From positions 444 through 64,443 of the forward strand of contig CAWAOA010000001.1 in assembly GCA_963783655.1 (NCBI GenBank): a DNA stretch of 64,000 nt, given 5' to 3'. This DNA comes from an uncultured Chloroflexia bacterium (GTDB taxonomy: Bacteria; Chloroflexota; Anaerolineae; CG2-30-64-16). This document shows positions 1-13,056 of the stretch, piece by piece; positions within the stretch are counted from its first letter, which is position 1; each line of letters starts with the position of its first letter. The position numbers were made by a program, and so were the translations under genes. The notes beneath the pieces were generated by a model that saw only the letters and a list, made by a program, of their open reading frames with translations, was not told the DNA's origin and searched no databases.

Positions 1-1883
<1,883 letters not shown>

Positions 1884-1899
1884 CCTCCCGCGGTATGGC

Positions 1900-3201
1900 C
1901 TACAGCCCATATTTGCGTGCTGAACTCTCCGGTCCAGTCGTCGTGGCGGCCGGATTCGACGATTGCTGCGAACACGTCCTGCATCGTGACGCTGAAAATG
2001 CGCTCTTGCAGCGGCGCCGGCAGGAGCGAGGTCAGGAACGGAGCAGGCCGCTCGTTCGCCGCCGGGGCCGCTCCGCACGAAGGCGGGTTTGTGGCGGTCG
2101 TACAGCAACACGAAAGAGCCGCCTTTGCCAACGGCAAAGAGCAGCTCGCGGAAGAACTGGTAGTAGACGGCGAACAGGCAGACCGGGCTGGTTGCGAGGC
2201 CTTGCAGACCGCCGCACTCCTGCAGACAATCCCAGTAGCGCCTGATGAAGTGCAGGTAGCAGGAGTTGAGGTCGGGCGCCGGATTGCGCCCTTCACAGTC
2301 GCCGCTGGCGAACAGGGAGCAACTGCCAAACTCGGACTCGGACAGCTTGGATTCCACGTAGAGCCCACCCGCAGCCCCCGGGCTCCCAATCACCAGATCA
2401 ATAGAGGTCGGCTGCGCGGTGTCCTCGTTGAACACGGACCGGTCGCTTGCTTCGAGAACCGTCGTAAGGGTCGGCGCCGGGCCAGGGCGCGCCCGGCAGC
2501 CGTGAAGGCGACGCGCAGCGGCTCCAGGTCCCGGCGAACGATCAACGGCCCGACCAGGTTGACCAGCATGGCCTGGCTGCTCAGGCCGTGGTGGATGTAT
2601 TTGTGGAGCGGGAAGCTCTCGCGGCGCGCAATTTGCTGCGCCTGTTCTTGCTCCAGGTAATCTGCCACCGCGGAAACGACGATATTGGCACGCCAGGATG
2701 CACGGTCGGCCAGGATGTAGGGATAGCGCCGGTCGGTGGCGAGCCCGTGACCCTCGAACCACTGCGCTGCAGTTGACTGAAGAGCACGCTGGTAGTCGGC
2801 GTAGCGGGTGTACGGCCAGGATTGCGCGAGGCGGCGGCTGGACAGCGCGTTGATTCCAACACTCCGACGATGCCCCGCTGGAGTTCGAGCAAAGTGTGTC
2901 CGTCTCGGTCCCGCCACATCTCTGCGCCCCTGCAGTTGTGCCCCAGCAACACCGCCGCCGCCTGGGTCGGGGAGTCGAACAGGACATCCTGCGCGAGCTT
3001 GTACTCGGCGCCGTCGAGCTGCAGGAGACCCTTCGCCTTCAGTTCCTCGTGGTTGAGCTGCGGCTTCACCTTAGCACTGGTGCATTTGGCTGGGCGGATG
3101 GCAGCTCGGGACCCTGCAAGAAGCACAAAGCCTTGGGACGTGAGGTAGCCCACGCCCGTCGCATGAGGCCCGTCCAGGTAGAGAAGGTCCGGGCGCTGCA
3201 T
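1900..3201 (-). CDS. DUF4357-like N-terminal module fused to a PD-(D/E)XK-type nuclease core, embedded in the R-M operon (2-3 frame breaks).
   Basis: ATG 3201 (MQRPDLLYLDG). The N-terminus GFVLLAGS..AEYKLAQDVLFDSPTQAAAVLLGHNCRGAEMW fits my recollection of the DUF4357 signature. Downstream are FPLHKYIHHGLSSQAMLVNL and SIDLVIG..LYVESKLSESEFG (D..ExK). Pieces lie in ORFs 2581-3201, 2390-2917, 1776-2987 and 944-2389. A TAG stop at 1900-1902 follows an inferred ..RKYGL end. Confidence 0.55.
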
Positions 3202-3239
3202 CGTGGAAACGGCGCTTGCGGAAGGGGTAAGGTCCTGAT

Positions 3240-4600
3240 CGGTGTCACAGCGCTTCTCCTGACTATAGATTCGGCATCCTTAACGTGTATCTTGCCCGAG
3301 AGGAGCTTGGGGAGCAGAGTGTCGCGAATTTAGGCTGAGGGTATGGACTGCCGCTCAAGTTAGCCGCAACGTGCTGATGCAGATCGGAGAGACGACCCAT
3401 AGAACGGGACAAAACTACTGAGTGAGCCTGTACAAGCGCAACCGATTAGGCCCTGGAAAATGCTCTTGCTCGATACTCCAGGATATGTAGTGCCATCGGC
3501 ATTTCCGCCCGATATTGCACCAATTACGGCGTAGCGACCCAAGCGTATAGATTAGGGAGTGCATGATCGCACACCTGGGGACTCTTCTTGATCGATGCTA
3601 CCGGAAGCTCAGTGGATATGCCAAGATGGGCAGAGCGGTTTGCGATGAACGAGGTAAGACACGCGTTCCCTGGGGCAGAACCAGACCCAATCTGCTGCAA
3701 TCCGTCGGTGGCTAATGGCTGCGGCCGATCGCGCATTGGACAGATCGTATTGTAGTTTCGGCCAAGTACCTTCGGGCAGCGAAACAAATGTCGACCATTC
3801 CAATAATCTGATCGACAGTGGTGCTGGGCAGTCGGTGCCGCCATTTACCTCCACAACCTCGCCTATCGGTCTGACCTTCCCACCCCCGCGGTATCTCCCC
3901 CAACTCCGACTCCTCAAACGCGTCGGGGAACAGCGCGGCCGTCTCGGCGTCCATCCCTGCCGGCTGCCGGCCCTCGGCCTTGGCGTGCACCGGGTCGAAG
4001 TCCACAAACCAGGACTTGAAGATGGCGCGGGCGATCGCTTCCAGCGTCTCGTTCATGCGGCGGTTGAGCTCGATCTTGTCGTCGAGGGAGCCGAGAATGT
4101 GAGCGATGGCATGCTGTTCCCGTAGATGCGGAAACGGAATTCCGACGTGCCGGAGCCTCCGATTGCCGAATGCCCTGGGCTGTTGTTCCGGGAGCCCGTC
4201 GATAGCATTTCGTGCCGCACGGACTCCCACTGAAGTAGGTAGAAGAGAAAACGACCGTGTATTCGCGACTTGGTGGTTCTGATTGCGAAGAGACGTTGAC
4301 CCAAAACCCAGTCGCTGTCATTGGAGATGTATGCGACTTCACCAAGCGGTGCCTCGGAAGTCAGCAATACATCGTCCGCGAGAAGTGGGCTTCTAATCCC
4401 ACCTTCTATACGTTGATTATCAACATAGCGCGTCTGACCGCAGTCAGATCCACTCTCCGTTCTTTGACGACCTTGGCGCTGTATCACGCGATGGCCCGAG
4501 ACCGTGAACGCCGAGCCGAGTTGAGCGGAGTCACTCCCCTTCGGTCCAAAATATCATCCACCAGTTCGCCAAGCGGGGCCGTTACCCACTCACTCGCCAT
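3240..4600 (-). CDS. hsdS: Type I R-M specificity subunit (HsdS). Several frame breaks; the 3' end is approximate.
   Basis: ATG 4600 ([25 protein letters not shown]). TRD1 is in ORF 4053-4487. The central conserved helix is in ORF 3712-4230 ([46 protein letters not shown]). TRD2 pieces are in 3360-3844. The C-terminal conserved helix [20 protein letters not shown] is at 3261-3329. The true stop is not resolvable because the frame stays open into the next gene. The region is visibly AT-richer than its flanks. Confidence 0.8.
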
Positions 4601-4635
4601 CCGTGAACCCCCCGAATTGATCCGTCGCCTGGTAT

Positions 4636-4730
4636 GACATGTGTCTGACGGACACATGTCGCTTGAATATGTGTCGAAAACGGCAAAACAAGGACATGTT
4701 CCTGACGATATGTGTCAGTCAGACACATAT
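4636..4730 (-). promoter_or_regulatory. Twin palindromes of the [A/C]ATGTGTC motif bracketing a promoter-like TTGTTT-16-TATTCA in the fic-hsdS spacer.
   Basis: GACATGTGTC-TGACG-GACACATGTC at 4636-4660. ATATGTGTC-AGTCA-GACACATAT at 4708-4730. A solo ATATGTGTC at 4667-4675. On the minus strand, TTGTTT is the reverse complement of 4686-4691 and TATTCA is the reverse complement of 4664-4669, with a 16-nt spacer. Confidence 0.5.
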
Positions 4731-4736
4731 GGTTGT

Positions 4737-5804
4737 CACGCTGCCAGCACTTCCAGAAGCGCGGGCTGCTTGTAGATGAGCTCTCGACCTTGTTTCTCAC
4801 CGGTCAGTAGCCCAATGTTCGCAAGCGCGCGGAGATACTCGGACGCCGATTTTCGTTCAGCGATGCCCGCATCCACAACTGAATTAATCCGCACATAGGG
4901 CTGTGCGAAGATGAGCTCGATCAGCTCTTTGGAGTAAACGCGTGCGACGGCAGCTCTCGCCGGGATCGCTCGATGGTCTCGTCGAGCAAATCTCGGATCT
5001 TGTGTATACGCTCAGTGGTCCACCGAGCTGTCTCCTCGACAGCCGCCAGCATATACAACACCCACCCTTCCCAATCCTCATGCTCCGTTACCGCTGCCAG
5101 CCGGCGATAATACTCCTGCTTGTTCTGAATGATGTAGCGGCTCAAGTAGAGCACCGGGATTTCCAGCAGGCCGAACTGCATGAGCCCAAGCAGGTTGAGG
5201 ATGCGTCCGGTGCGTCCATTGCCGTCAATGAAAGGATGGATCGCCTCGAACTGATAGTGCGCCAGGGCCATCCTGATTAACGGGTCGATTTCACCCGGCT
5301 CGGATAAGAAGCTGACCAGATTCCGCAACAACGCGAGCAATGCGATCACGGCCGCGGGTGGGGTGTAAACCAGGCGGCCCGCGCCCACGTCTTCAATGAC
5401 AATTGGCTCCTGGTCGCGAAGCGTTGCCGTTCTATCCAATAGAATTTCACAGACGTGGATGACCAGATCAATATCGATCTGGCGAGTTTGAATGAGGTCG
5501 GAACCGCTCCGGAGCGCCGTGCGGTAGCGCAGCACCTCACGCGTTGCCGGATCGGCGCGCTCGGTGCCATTTGTAGCAGCTCGGTATAGCGCATCTTGTG
5601 TTGTTACGATATTCTCGATTTCCGAGCTCAACTTGGCTTCCTGTAGGGGTATCGCGTTGATCAGAATCGCCTGGTTTGGAATCAGGCAGCCTGCGCCTTT
5701 GAGTTCCGCTAACGCCCGGCTCGCCGTGATGCAGCGTCTCAATACAGCGGTAGTCTCAAACGCGGCCCCTCGGAGGAAGAAGAGGCAGATCGTTGTACGG
5801 CTCG

Positions 5805-5821
<17 letters not shown>
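4737..5821 (-). CDS. fic: Fic family protein (Fic_N plus Fic core plus C-terminal winged-helix-like tail), 2 frame breaks.
   Basis: ATG 5821 ([17 protein letters not shown]). ORF 4921-6036 carries [12 protein letters not shown] and the N-terminal SSEIEN ([S/T]xxxE[G/N] inhibitory motif). The tail ..[23 protein letters not shown] ends with a stop at 4737-4739. The start overlaps the hsdM stop by 17 nt. Confidence 0.9.
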
Positions 5822-7410
<1,589 letters not shown>

Positions 7411-7959
7411 GGTGCTCCGCTCGTTTAGACAGTGCTAATGGAGAGTAGACGAATGGTACGAAACGCCCGCCAGCTACGACAGGACAGACAGCCGCAGCTG
7501 GCGAGGTGTTGTCTGCCAGTATCCACACGTCGACGCCGGGCCTGGGCTTCTGATCTAGCTGCGAGGGAGTGCTCTTATGTATCCTGATTCTACCACATTT
7601 ATGAACAATCGACTCCGCGGTCGCTCTTGCGCTCTCGGGAGACCCTGACAGCCTGCCTCTCCGAGCATGATCCTCCGCCGGCTGGTCCGGTCAAATCCAG
7701 GGACCGCCGAGGTGCCAGCACCGGTCAAACTGAAACTTATGCGATGCAGTGGAGCACGGCAATAGAAATCCACGCAGAATCGCCAGCTTGCCCCCCGCCC
7801 GCACTGTCCCTCGAGCCATCAAGGCATAGCCCGGCCCACCACTGCCTCTTTCGGGGATCGACACAAACGCGGTATCATGGGCATTGCCGCGGGGCGTTGT
7901 GCCGCTCGGCACAGGCCGGCATGAAAACCCGGCGACTCCCTACCCACAGAGGCCAACCC

Positions 7960-8568
7960 ATGCGCATCGCCACCATCCAGGGCAGCCCGCGGAAGCGCGG
8001 GAACACCGCGACCTTGCTGTCGCTGTTCGAGCGGAGCGTGGCTCCACACCACCAGATCGACCGCATCGACGTGGTCGACTACAACGTGAACGGCTGCCTC
8101 GGCTGCAACAACTGCCAGGGGGTCTACGACCAGTGCGGCTGCGCGCAGTCGGACGACGCCGAGGGGCTGCTGGAGCGGCTGATGGCCGCCGACCTGATCG
8201 TCTACGCCAGCCCGGTGTACTGCTGGGGCTTCACGGCGCAGTTGAAGGCGCTGATCGACCGGCACTACTGCCTGGTGAAGTGGGAAAACGGCGAGATCGC
8301 CCAGGCGCTGCTGAAGGGCAAGCAGGCGGCGCTGCTGCTGACGTGCGGCGGCGGGGAAGAGGATAACGCCGACCTGGTGAGCATGGCTCACCGGCGGCAG
8401 ATGGATTATGTCGGCTGCGAGAACCTCGGCGAGTACGTGGTGGCGGACTGCTCGACGCCGGACCGGCTGGGGGTGAGGGGCGAGGCGGTGGTGGCGGCGT
8501 TGGCGAGCCGGGTTGCGGCAATCGTCATTCGTCATCCGTCAGACGTCACCCGTAGGGGTCATCCGTGA
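7960..8568 (+). CDS. Flavodoxin-like-fold NAD(P)H-dependent FMN reductase / iron-sulfur flavoprotein-like protein.
   Basis: ATG 7960 (MRIATIQGSPRKRGNTATLLSLF) with AGAGG 8 nt upstream. GSPRK.GNT and LIVYASPVYCWGFTAQLKALIDR are family hallmarks. Cys cluster CLGCNNCQG..CGC. Single intact frame. The last ~15 codons are encoded by the heptamer repeat block. Confidence 0.7.
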   Translation: MRIATIQGSPRKRGNTATLLSLFERSVAPHHQIDRIDVVDYNVNGCLGCNNCQGVYDQCGCAQSDDAEGLLERLMAADLIVYASPVYCWGFTAQLKALIDRHYCLVKWENGEIAQALLKGKQAALLLTCGGGEEDNADLVSMAHRRQMDYVGCENLGEYVVADCSTPDRLGVRGEAVVAALASRVAAIVIRHPSDVTRRGHP

Positions 8569-8604
8569 TCCGTCACACGTAGGGGTCACCCGTAGGGGTC
8601 AGCG
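8524..8604. repeat. GTCAYCC / GTAGGG heptamer-type microsatellite block (copy 1).
   Basis: GTCATTC GTCATCC GTCAGAC GTCACCC GTAGGG GTCATCC GTGATCC GTCACAC GTAGGG GTCACCC GTAGGG GTCAGCG, read directly from the sequence. Confidence 0.8.
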
Positions 8605-9180
8605 ATAAGAGGTAGGGGGCGGGTCACCCGCCCCGTGCCCCGATGCCAGATCTCCATCGTTTTACCGGTGCCCCGCGGGGTCCCGGGGCGGCACCGCTCA
8701 CATGGATGGTAACCCCTACGCAGCCATCCTGAGGCGCTCGAAGTACGCCCCGTGCGCCCGCGAGCTCCATCAAAGGGGACCCGCCGTACCCGGCCACGCA
8801 CCGGCGCCGCGTTCCCTATCGTCTCGCGGCCCCGCAGCCACGGGCGGGTACCCGCCCCCTACACCGAGATGTTGGCTGCCCGCGCCGATGTGTTCGCCCC
8901 GCCTGCCCCTTACGTCATTCGTTTACACCGCACCGCGGCGCAGGTGTTCGTTTCCGTAATTCGTTGACGGCCCGCCCCCGCGACGCGACCTGCGGGTTCG
9001 GCGGGCCGCAGCCGCGCTCGACCAGAGGCAGTGCCTTTGCCTTTGCGTCTTTGCGTTGAGGATGCCCCGTGGCCAGCCAACCGGCATGGGGCGCCGCGGC
9101 CCCGCGAGTAGGGTCGTGGGAGCGCGGTATTGGGCGGGTGTGGGCACGGGTAAAGCAACTCGCTGTTCTGAAGCTGTGCA

Positions 9181-9386
9181 AGTTACATCTCCGGCGAGTG
9201 CTTTACGGCTACGACGTGTATGGGACAGTTACGTCTCCGGCGAGTGCTTTACGGCGACGACGTGTATGGGGCAGTTGCACGGCCGGCGAGTGCTAAGCCC
9301 CGCGCTGCAAGGGTTGCGGCGACGATTTGTATGGGACAGTTGCGTGGGCGGCGATTGCGAGGTCCTGCCGCGTGCTGCATGGGGCA
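9181..9386. repeat. Tandem repeat of about 46 bp, 4 copies: 2 near-identical and 2 decayed.
   Basis: 9181-9226 GTTACATCTCCGGCGAGTGCTTTACGGCTACGACGTGTATGGGACA. 9227-9272 is the same with 3 substitutions. 9273-9337 carries a ~19-nt insertion. 9338-9386 is degenerate. Confidence 0.85.
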
Positions 9387-9502
9387 GGATGTTGCATCGG
9401 GCGCTAACGTAAAGGGACCGCCCCCGCGGGCGATCCCTTCGTGTGTTGGGCGCAGTTCGCCTGCGCGATCGTGGTCTGTATCTCGCCTCCTTTGGGATAG
9501 CG

Positions 9503-10180
9503 CTACCGTTCGGCCGCTACCGGCGTCTGGAGTTCCGGCCTGCGCTCGGCTTGCGTCGCGCGTAGTGCGACGGCTGTGGTCGCTATGAAGAGCACTGCGG
9601 ACGTGACGCTCTGCCCGACGGGTATGATGATGGCGCTCACGACGAAGCCAACCAGGGCGATGGCGTACGCCCACCCCGCCCAGCGCGGCAAGCGGCCGGA
9701 CGCGGCGATGGCCATCCCGACGAACACCGCCCCTACGATCATCGTCAGCAGAGACAGAATGGCTGCGCCAAACAGAGGGACGCCGTAAGTCTGGTTGTAG
9801 AACTCACGTGCGTTTTGCTGCCCGGCCAGGAACAACCGGCCCATGGCGGGCTGTGCGAAGGCCGCGACACCGAAAATCGCGGTGGTGAGGGTGTTGCCCA
9901 ATACGGTGGCCACCGTGCCGGTAATCGCCCTGCCTGCGGCACGTGTGTCCAGCAGGTACAGCATCAGGCCGACGACCCCGACTGTACCAATGGCGGCGCC
10001 CAGGATGCTTGCGATCAGATGGGACCACAAGAAGGTGTCGGTTGTGACGTAGGATGACCAACCGAGGAAGTCCGTGAGCGGATCCGGCTGGTGCGTGTAC
10101 GTGCCGAAGAACAACAATGCTGCCCAAACGGGCAGCGCCCAGAGGGATGCACGCGCGAATGCACGAACCTGTTGGGACAT
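9503..10180 (-). CDS. Polytopic membrane protein, unknown function.
   Basis: ATG 10180 preceded by GAGGAGA. MSQQVRAFARASLWALPVWAALLFFG.. followed by several long hydrophobic segments. Intact frame within ORF 9503-10300. Confidence 0.65.
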   Translation of the reverse strand: MSQQVRAFARASLWALPVWAALLFFGTYTHQPDPLTDFLGWSSYVTTDTFLWSHLIASILGAAIGTVGVVGLMLYLLDTRAAGRAITGTVATVLGNTLTTAIFGVAAFAQPAMGRLFLAGQQNAREFYNQTYGVPLFGAAILSLLTMIVGAVFVGMAIAASGRLPRWAGWAYAIALVGFVVSAIIIPVGQSVTSAVLFIATTAVALRATQAERRPELQTPVAAER

Positions 10181-10288
10181 TGGTGTCTCCTCTCGTTGCG
10201 CTGCGCATGATTCTCGGGGCTGGCAACGGAGAACCGCGCTTGTGCCGGGATTGTATGGGATTTGTGCGATGGAGTCAATAGGGGGGAC

Positions 10289-10391
10289 GTCATGCGTCAC
10301 CCGTAGGGGTCATCCGTCACCCGCAGGGGTCATGCGTCACCCGTCATCCGTCATCCGTAAGGCGTAGGGGTCATCGGTGATCCGCAGGGGG
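10289..10391. repeat. GTCAYCC / GTAGGG heptamer block (copy 2, same orientation as copy 1).
   Basis: GTCATGC GTCACCC GTAGGG GTCATCC GTCACCC GCAGGG GTCATGC GTCACCC GTCATCC GTCATCC ... GTGATCC GCAGGGGG. Confidence 0.8.
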
Positions 10392-10522
10392 CATTTGTTG
10401 GGGGCACACGCGGGATCCTCACCTGCACTTGCAGTGACAGGTGAGGACGCGCGTGGCATATCCAACTTCCATTGGCGGCAGCACCCCCGCGCGGTCGGCT
10501 CTGATGCAAATTGGATGACCAA

Positions 10523-10640
10523 CGGGGCGTCCTTCGTCAGGCTCAGGATGGAGTTGTTAGGGGTATGCAACGATGCGAAAGGTTCCGTCCAGGGGTAGCG
10601 CGACGTTCTGGCACTCGGGTGCGGGGTTCCTGAACAGCAC
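10523..10640. mobile_element. One-ended copy of the MITE-like element seen at 32091-32267.
   Basis: 10523-10560 is identical to the 38-nt terminus CGGGGCGTCCTTCGTCAGGCTCAGGATGGAGTTGTTAG. The following core shares GTCCAGGGGTA.CGC and GTGCGGGGT.CCTG.ACAGCAC blocks with the reverse complement of 32131-32229. No second terminus was found. Confidence 0.7.
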
Positions 10641-10698
10641 AACTGGCGGAGCCGGCAACTGGCATCTACACCCCCGTGAATTTGCCGAACCGTTATTG

Positions 10699-10794
10699 CC
10701 CCTGCGGGTGACCTGTTCGGGTGACGAGTGACGCATCAGCCCTCCGAGTGACGGATGACGAGTGACGGATGACGCATGACGGGTGACGAATGAC
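10699..10794. repeat. Heptamer block (copy 3, inverted relative to copies 1 and 2).
   Basis: CCCCTGCGGGTGACC ... GGTGACGAGTGACGCATCAG ... GAGTGACGGATGACGAGTGACGGATGACGCATGACGGGTGACGAATGAC is the reverse complement of GTCAYCC-type units. Confidence 0.8.
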
Positions 10795-10806
10795 CGCCCC
10801 CCCCAT

Positions 10807-10835
10807 TTGACAGCCTTCCAATAAAATGATAACAA
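10807..10835 (+). promoter_or_regulatory. Candidate sigma70-type promoter of the ABC transporter operon.
   Basis: TTGACA (10807-10812), a 17-nt spacer, then TAACAA (10830-10835), about 120 nt upstream of ATG 10957. GGAGGAGG lies 6 nt before that ATG. Confidence 0.35.
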
Positions 10836-10956
10836 GTCCTCAGACATCAGACAACAGCTGATAACCGAGCCGTCGCCAGGCCGATTCAGAGCTCTGCGGC
10901 TTGCCCACTGCTCCTAACAACTGCCCTTTTGCGCGTACGGGTTCCCGGAGGAGGCT

Positions 10957-12071
10957 ATGGTGCCAGATAGGGCCGCTGCTGCCCCACGCCCCGCTCGTAA
11001 ACCAGGCTACGATTGGCAGGGTCTTCTGATCCAGGCCTCATCGCCGCTGGTTGCGATCCTGGTTTCGCTGCTCATCGGCGCAGTCCTGCTGCTGCTGCTG
11101 GGCGCGAATCCGCTGACGGCGTATTCCGCCATGGTCAGGGGCGTGTTCGGCAACATGTCGGGCTTCACACAGTCGCTGGTCAAGGCGACGCCGCTGCTGC
11201 TCGTCGGGCTGGGGATCTGCATCGCCTTCCGGGCCAGCGTGATCAACATCGGCGGCGAAGGACAGATCATCGTCGGGGCGCTGATGGGCACGTGGTTCGC
11301 CCTGCAGTTCCGCACCTGGCCGGGCTGGCTGCTGATCCCGACGACGATGATCATGGGCTTCCTGGCGGGCGCGTTCTGGGGGTTCATCCCCGGCATCCTC
11401 AAGGCCCGCCTGAACGTCAATGAGATCCTCAGCACGGTGATGATGAACGCCATCGCCCTGCAGCTGATGAACCTGCTGATCCGTGGCCCACTGATCGATC
11501 CTGCCGGCGTCACCGCAGGCACGTACCTGGCGCAGTCCGAGCGACTGCCGCAGCACGTGTGGCTGGGCCGGCTGGTTCCCCAAACTCTGCTCCATACGGG
11601 CGCCATCCTCGCCGTGGTGCTGGCGGTCGCTGGTCTACATCTTCCTGTGGCGAACCACCATCGGCTATCGCATCCGGGCGGTCGGGCTTGAGCCCCGAAG
11701 CCTCGCGCTACGCCGGCATCCCTGTGCCGTTCTACCAGGCGCTGTCACTCACCCTGGCCGGCGGCTTCGCCGGGCTGGCCGGCGTGATCGAGGTTATCGG
11801 CGTGCAGCACCGCCTGCTGGAAGGGATCACGAGCGGTTACGGCTTCTCGGGGATCGTAGCGGCGCTGTTCGGCGGGCTGCATCCGCTGGGCCTGATCCCG
11901 GCCGCGTGGCTTTTCGGCAGCCTGCTGGTGGGGGCAGACATGATGCAGCGGGCGGTGCAGGTGCCGTCCGCGCTGATCGATGCGCTGCTGGGACTGGTGG
12001 TGCTGCTCGTGATCGGCTCGCAGATGTGGTCACGCCGCCTGGCCGACGCGCCGGGTGATCTCTCAGGCTAA
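10957..12071 (+). CDS. ABC transporter permease (BMP/nucleoside-type, first of two), 1-2 frame breaks near 11630-11700.
   Basis: ORF 10957-11691 (..LVKATPLLLVGLGICIAFRASVINIGGEGQIIVGALMG..) continues in ORF 11559-12071 (..LAGGFAGLAGVIEVIGVQHRLLEGITSGYGFSGIVAALFGG..). Confidence 0.85.
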
Positions 12072-12092
12072 GAAGAACGCGGAGGCTCAGGC

Positions 12093-13025
12093 ATGAACGA
12101 GCTCGTCACCAGTGCGATAGTCGCCGGAATCCTCACCTCCGCCATCCGGCTGGCTACGCCCTACCTGTACGCCGCTATCGGCGAGGCGATCTCCGAGATC
12201 TCCGGCGTGCTCAACCTGGGCGTCGACGGCATCATGCTGCTCAGCGCCTATGCGAGCTTCTTCGTTGCCTTGCAGACGGGCAACCTGTGGCTGGGCTTGC
12301 TGGCCGGCGCAGTGGTCGGTTTGCTGATGGGCCTGCTCATGGCATTTATCAGCGTGACCCTGCAGGCGGAACAGGGCATCAGCGGCATCGGTCTGTACAT
12401 GTTCGGGTTGGGCCTCTCCAGCCTGCTGTTCAAGACGACGATCGGCACCGTCAAGACGGTCGTGGGGTTCCAGCCGGTCAGAATCCCCCTGCTCGGCGAT
12501 ATCCCGTACATCGGCGAGATCATGTTCAACCAGAGCCTGCCGGTGTACGGCGCGTTCCTGATGGTGCCGCTGGCCTGGTTCATCCTCGACAAGACGACCT
12601 GGGGGCTGCGGCTCAAGGCGGTGGGACAAACCCCGGCCGCGGCGGACTCGCTGGGGGTCAACGTCGTTCGTGTGCGCTACGCGGCCACCGCCATCGGCTC
12701 GATGCTGGCCGGGCTGGCGGGGGCGTCGCTGTCGCTGGCGCTGGTCAACCTGTTTCAGGAGAACCTGACTGCGGGCCAGGGCTTCATCGCCGTGGCGCTG
12801 GTCTACTTCGGCGGCTGGCGGCCGCTGGGAATCCTGCTGGGTGCGCTGCTGTTCAGCACTGTCAACGCCTTCCAGCTTTGGATGCAGGTGCTGGGGGTTG
12901 CCATCCCCTCGGACGTGGCCGTGATGCTTCCCTATCTGCTGACCATCGCGGCACTTGCTTTCACCGTGAGCCGGGTGCGTGGCCCGGCTGCGCTCAACAA
13001 GCCCTTCGAGAGAGGGGCCAACTGA
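12093..13025 (+). CDS. ABC transporter permease (BMP/nucleoside-type, second), intact.
   Basis: 310-aa ORF: MNELVTSAIVAGILTSAIRLATPYLYAAIGEAISEISGVLNLGVDGIMLL.. with multiple TM segments. Confidence 0.9.
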   Translation: MNELVTSAIVAGILTSAIRLATPYLYAAIGEAISEISGVLNLGVDGIMLLSAYASFFVALQTGNLWLGLLAGAVVGLLMGLLMAFISVTLQAEQGISGIGLYMFGLGLSSLLFKTTIGTVKTVVGFQPVRIPLLGDIPYIGEIMFNQSLPVYGAFLMVPLAWFILDKTTWGLRLKAVGQTPAAADSLGVNVVRVRYAATAIGSMLAGLAGASLSLALVNLFQENLTAGQGFIAVALVYFGGWRPLGILLGALLFSTVNAFQLWMQVLGVAIPSDVAVMLPYLLTIAALAFTVSRVRGPAALNKPFERGAN

Positions 13026-13056
13026 TCCGATCGGTTCAACACAAGGAGAGATGGGA

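Noticed and set aside
3240-4740. The AT-richer patch within the R-M operon as evidence of a recently inserted foreign island.
   Set aside because: The patch coincides with the HsdS target-recognition domains and the fic-hsdS spacer. TRDs are known to be compositionally atypical and frequently shuffled. The flanking hsdM, fic and hsdR have the bulk composition of the window, and no integrase, att-like repeats or tRNA are present.
9181-9386. Possible CRISPR array, because a ~21-nt segment recurs at a regular ~46-nt spacing.
   Set aside because: The would-be spacers are themselves identical between units, so the whole 46-mer is repeated. Copies decay progressively and no cas genes are present. 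It is a tandem repeat, not a CRISPR array.
8586-9412. Numerous 70-120-aa ORFs on both strands in the gap after the 7960 gene.
   Set aside because: All are R/P/G/A-rich. They overlap each other in several frames, lack RBSs and coincide with palindromes and tandem repeats, so they are non-coding.
10836-10956. The 120-nt leader of the nucleoside-type ABC operon as a purine or other riboswitch.
   Set aside because: I could not recognise the conserved purine-riboswitch junction nucleotides or any other riboswitch core by eye. The only features are short direct repeats (CAGACA twice) and a 5-bp inverted repeat. A covariance-model scan would be needed before making any claim.
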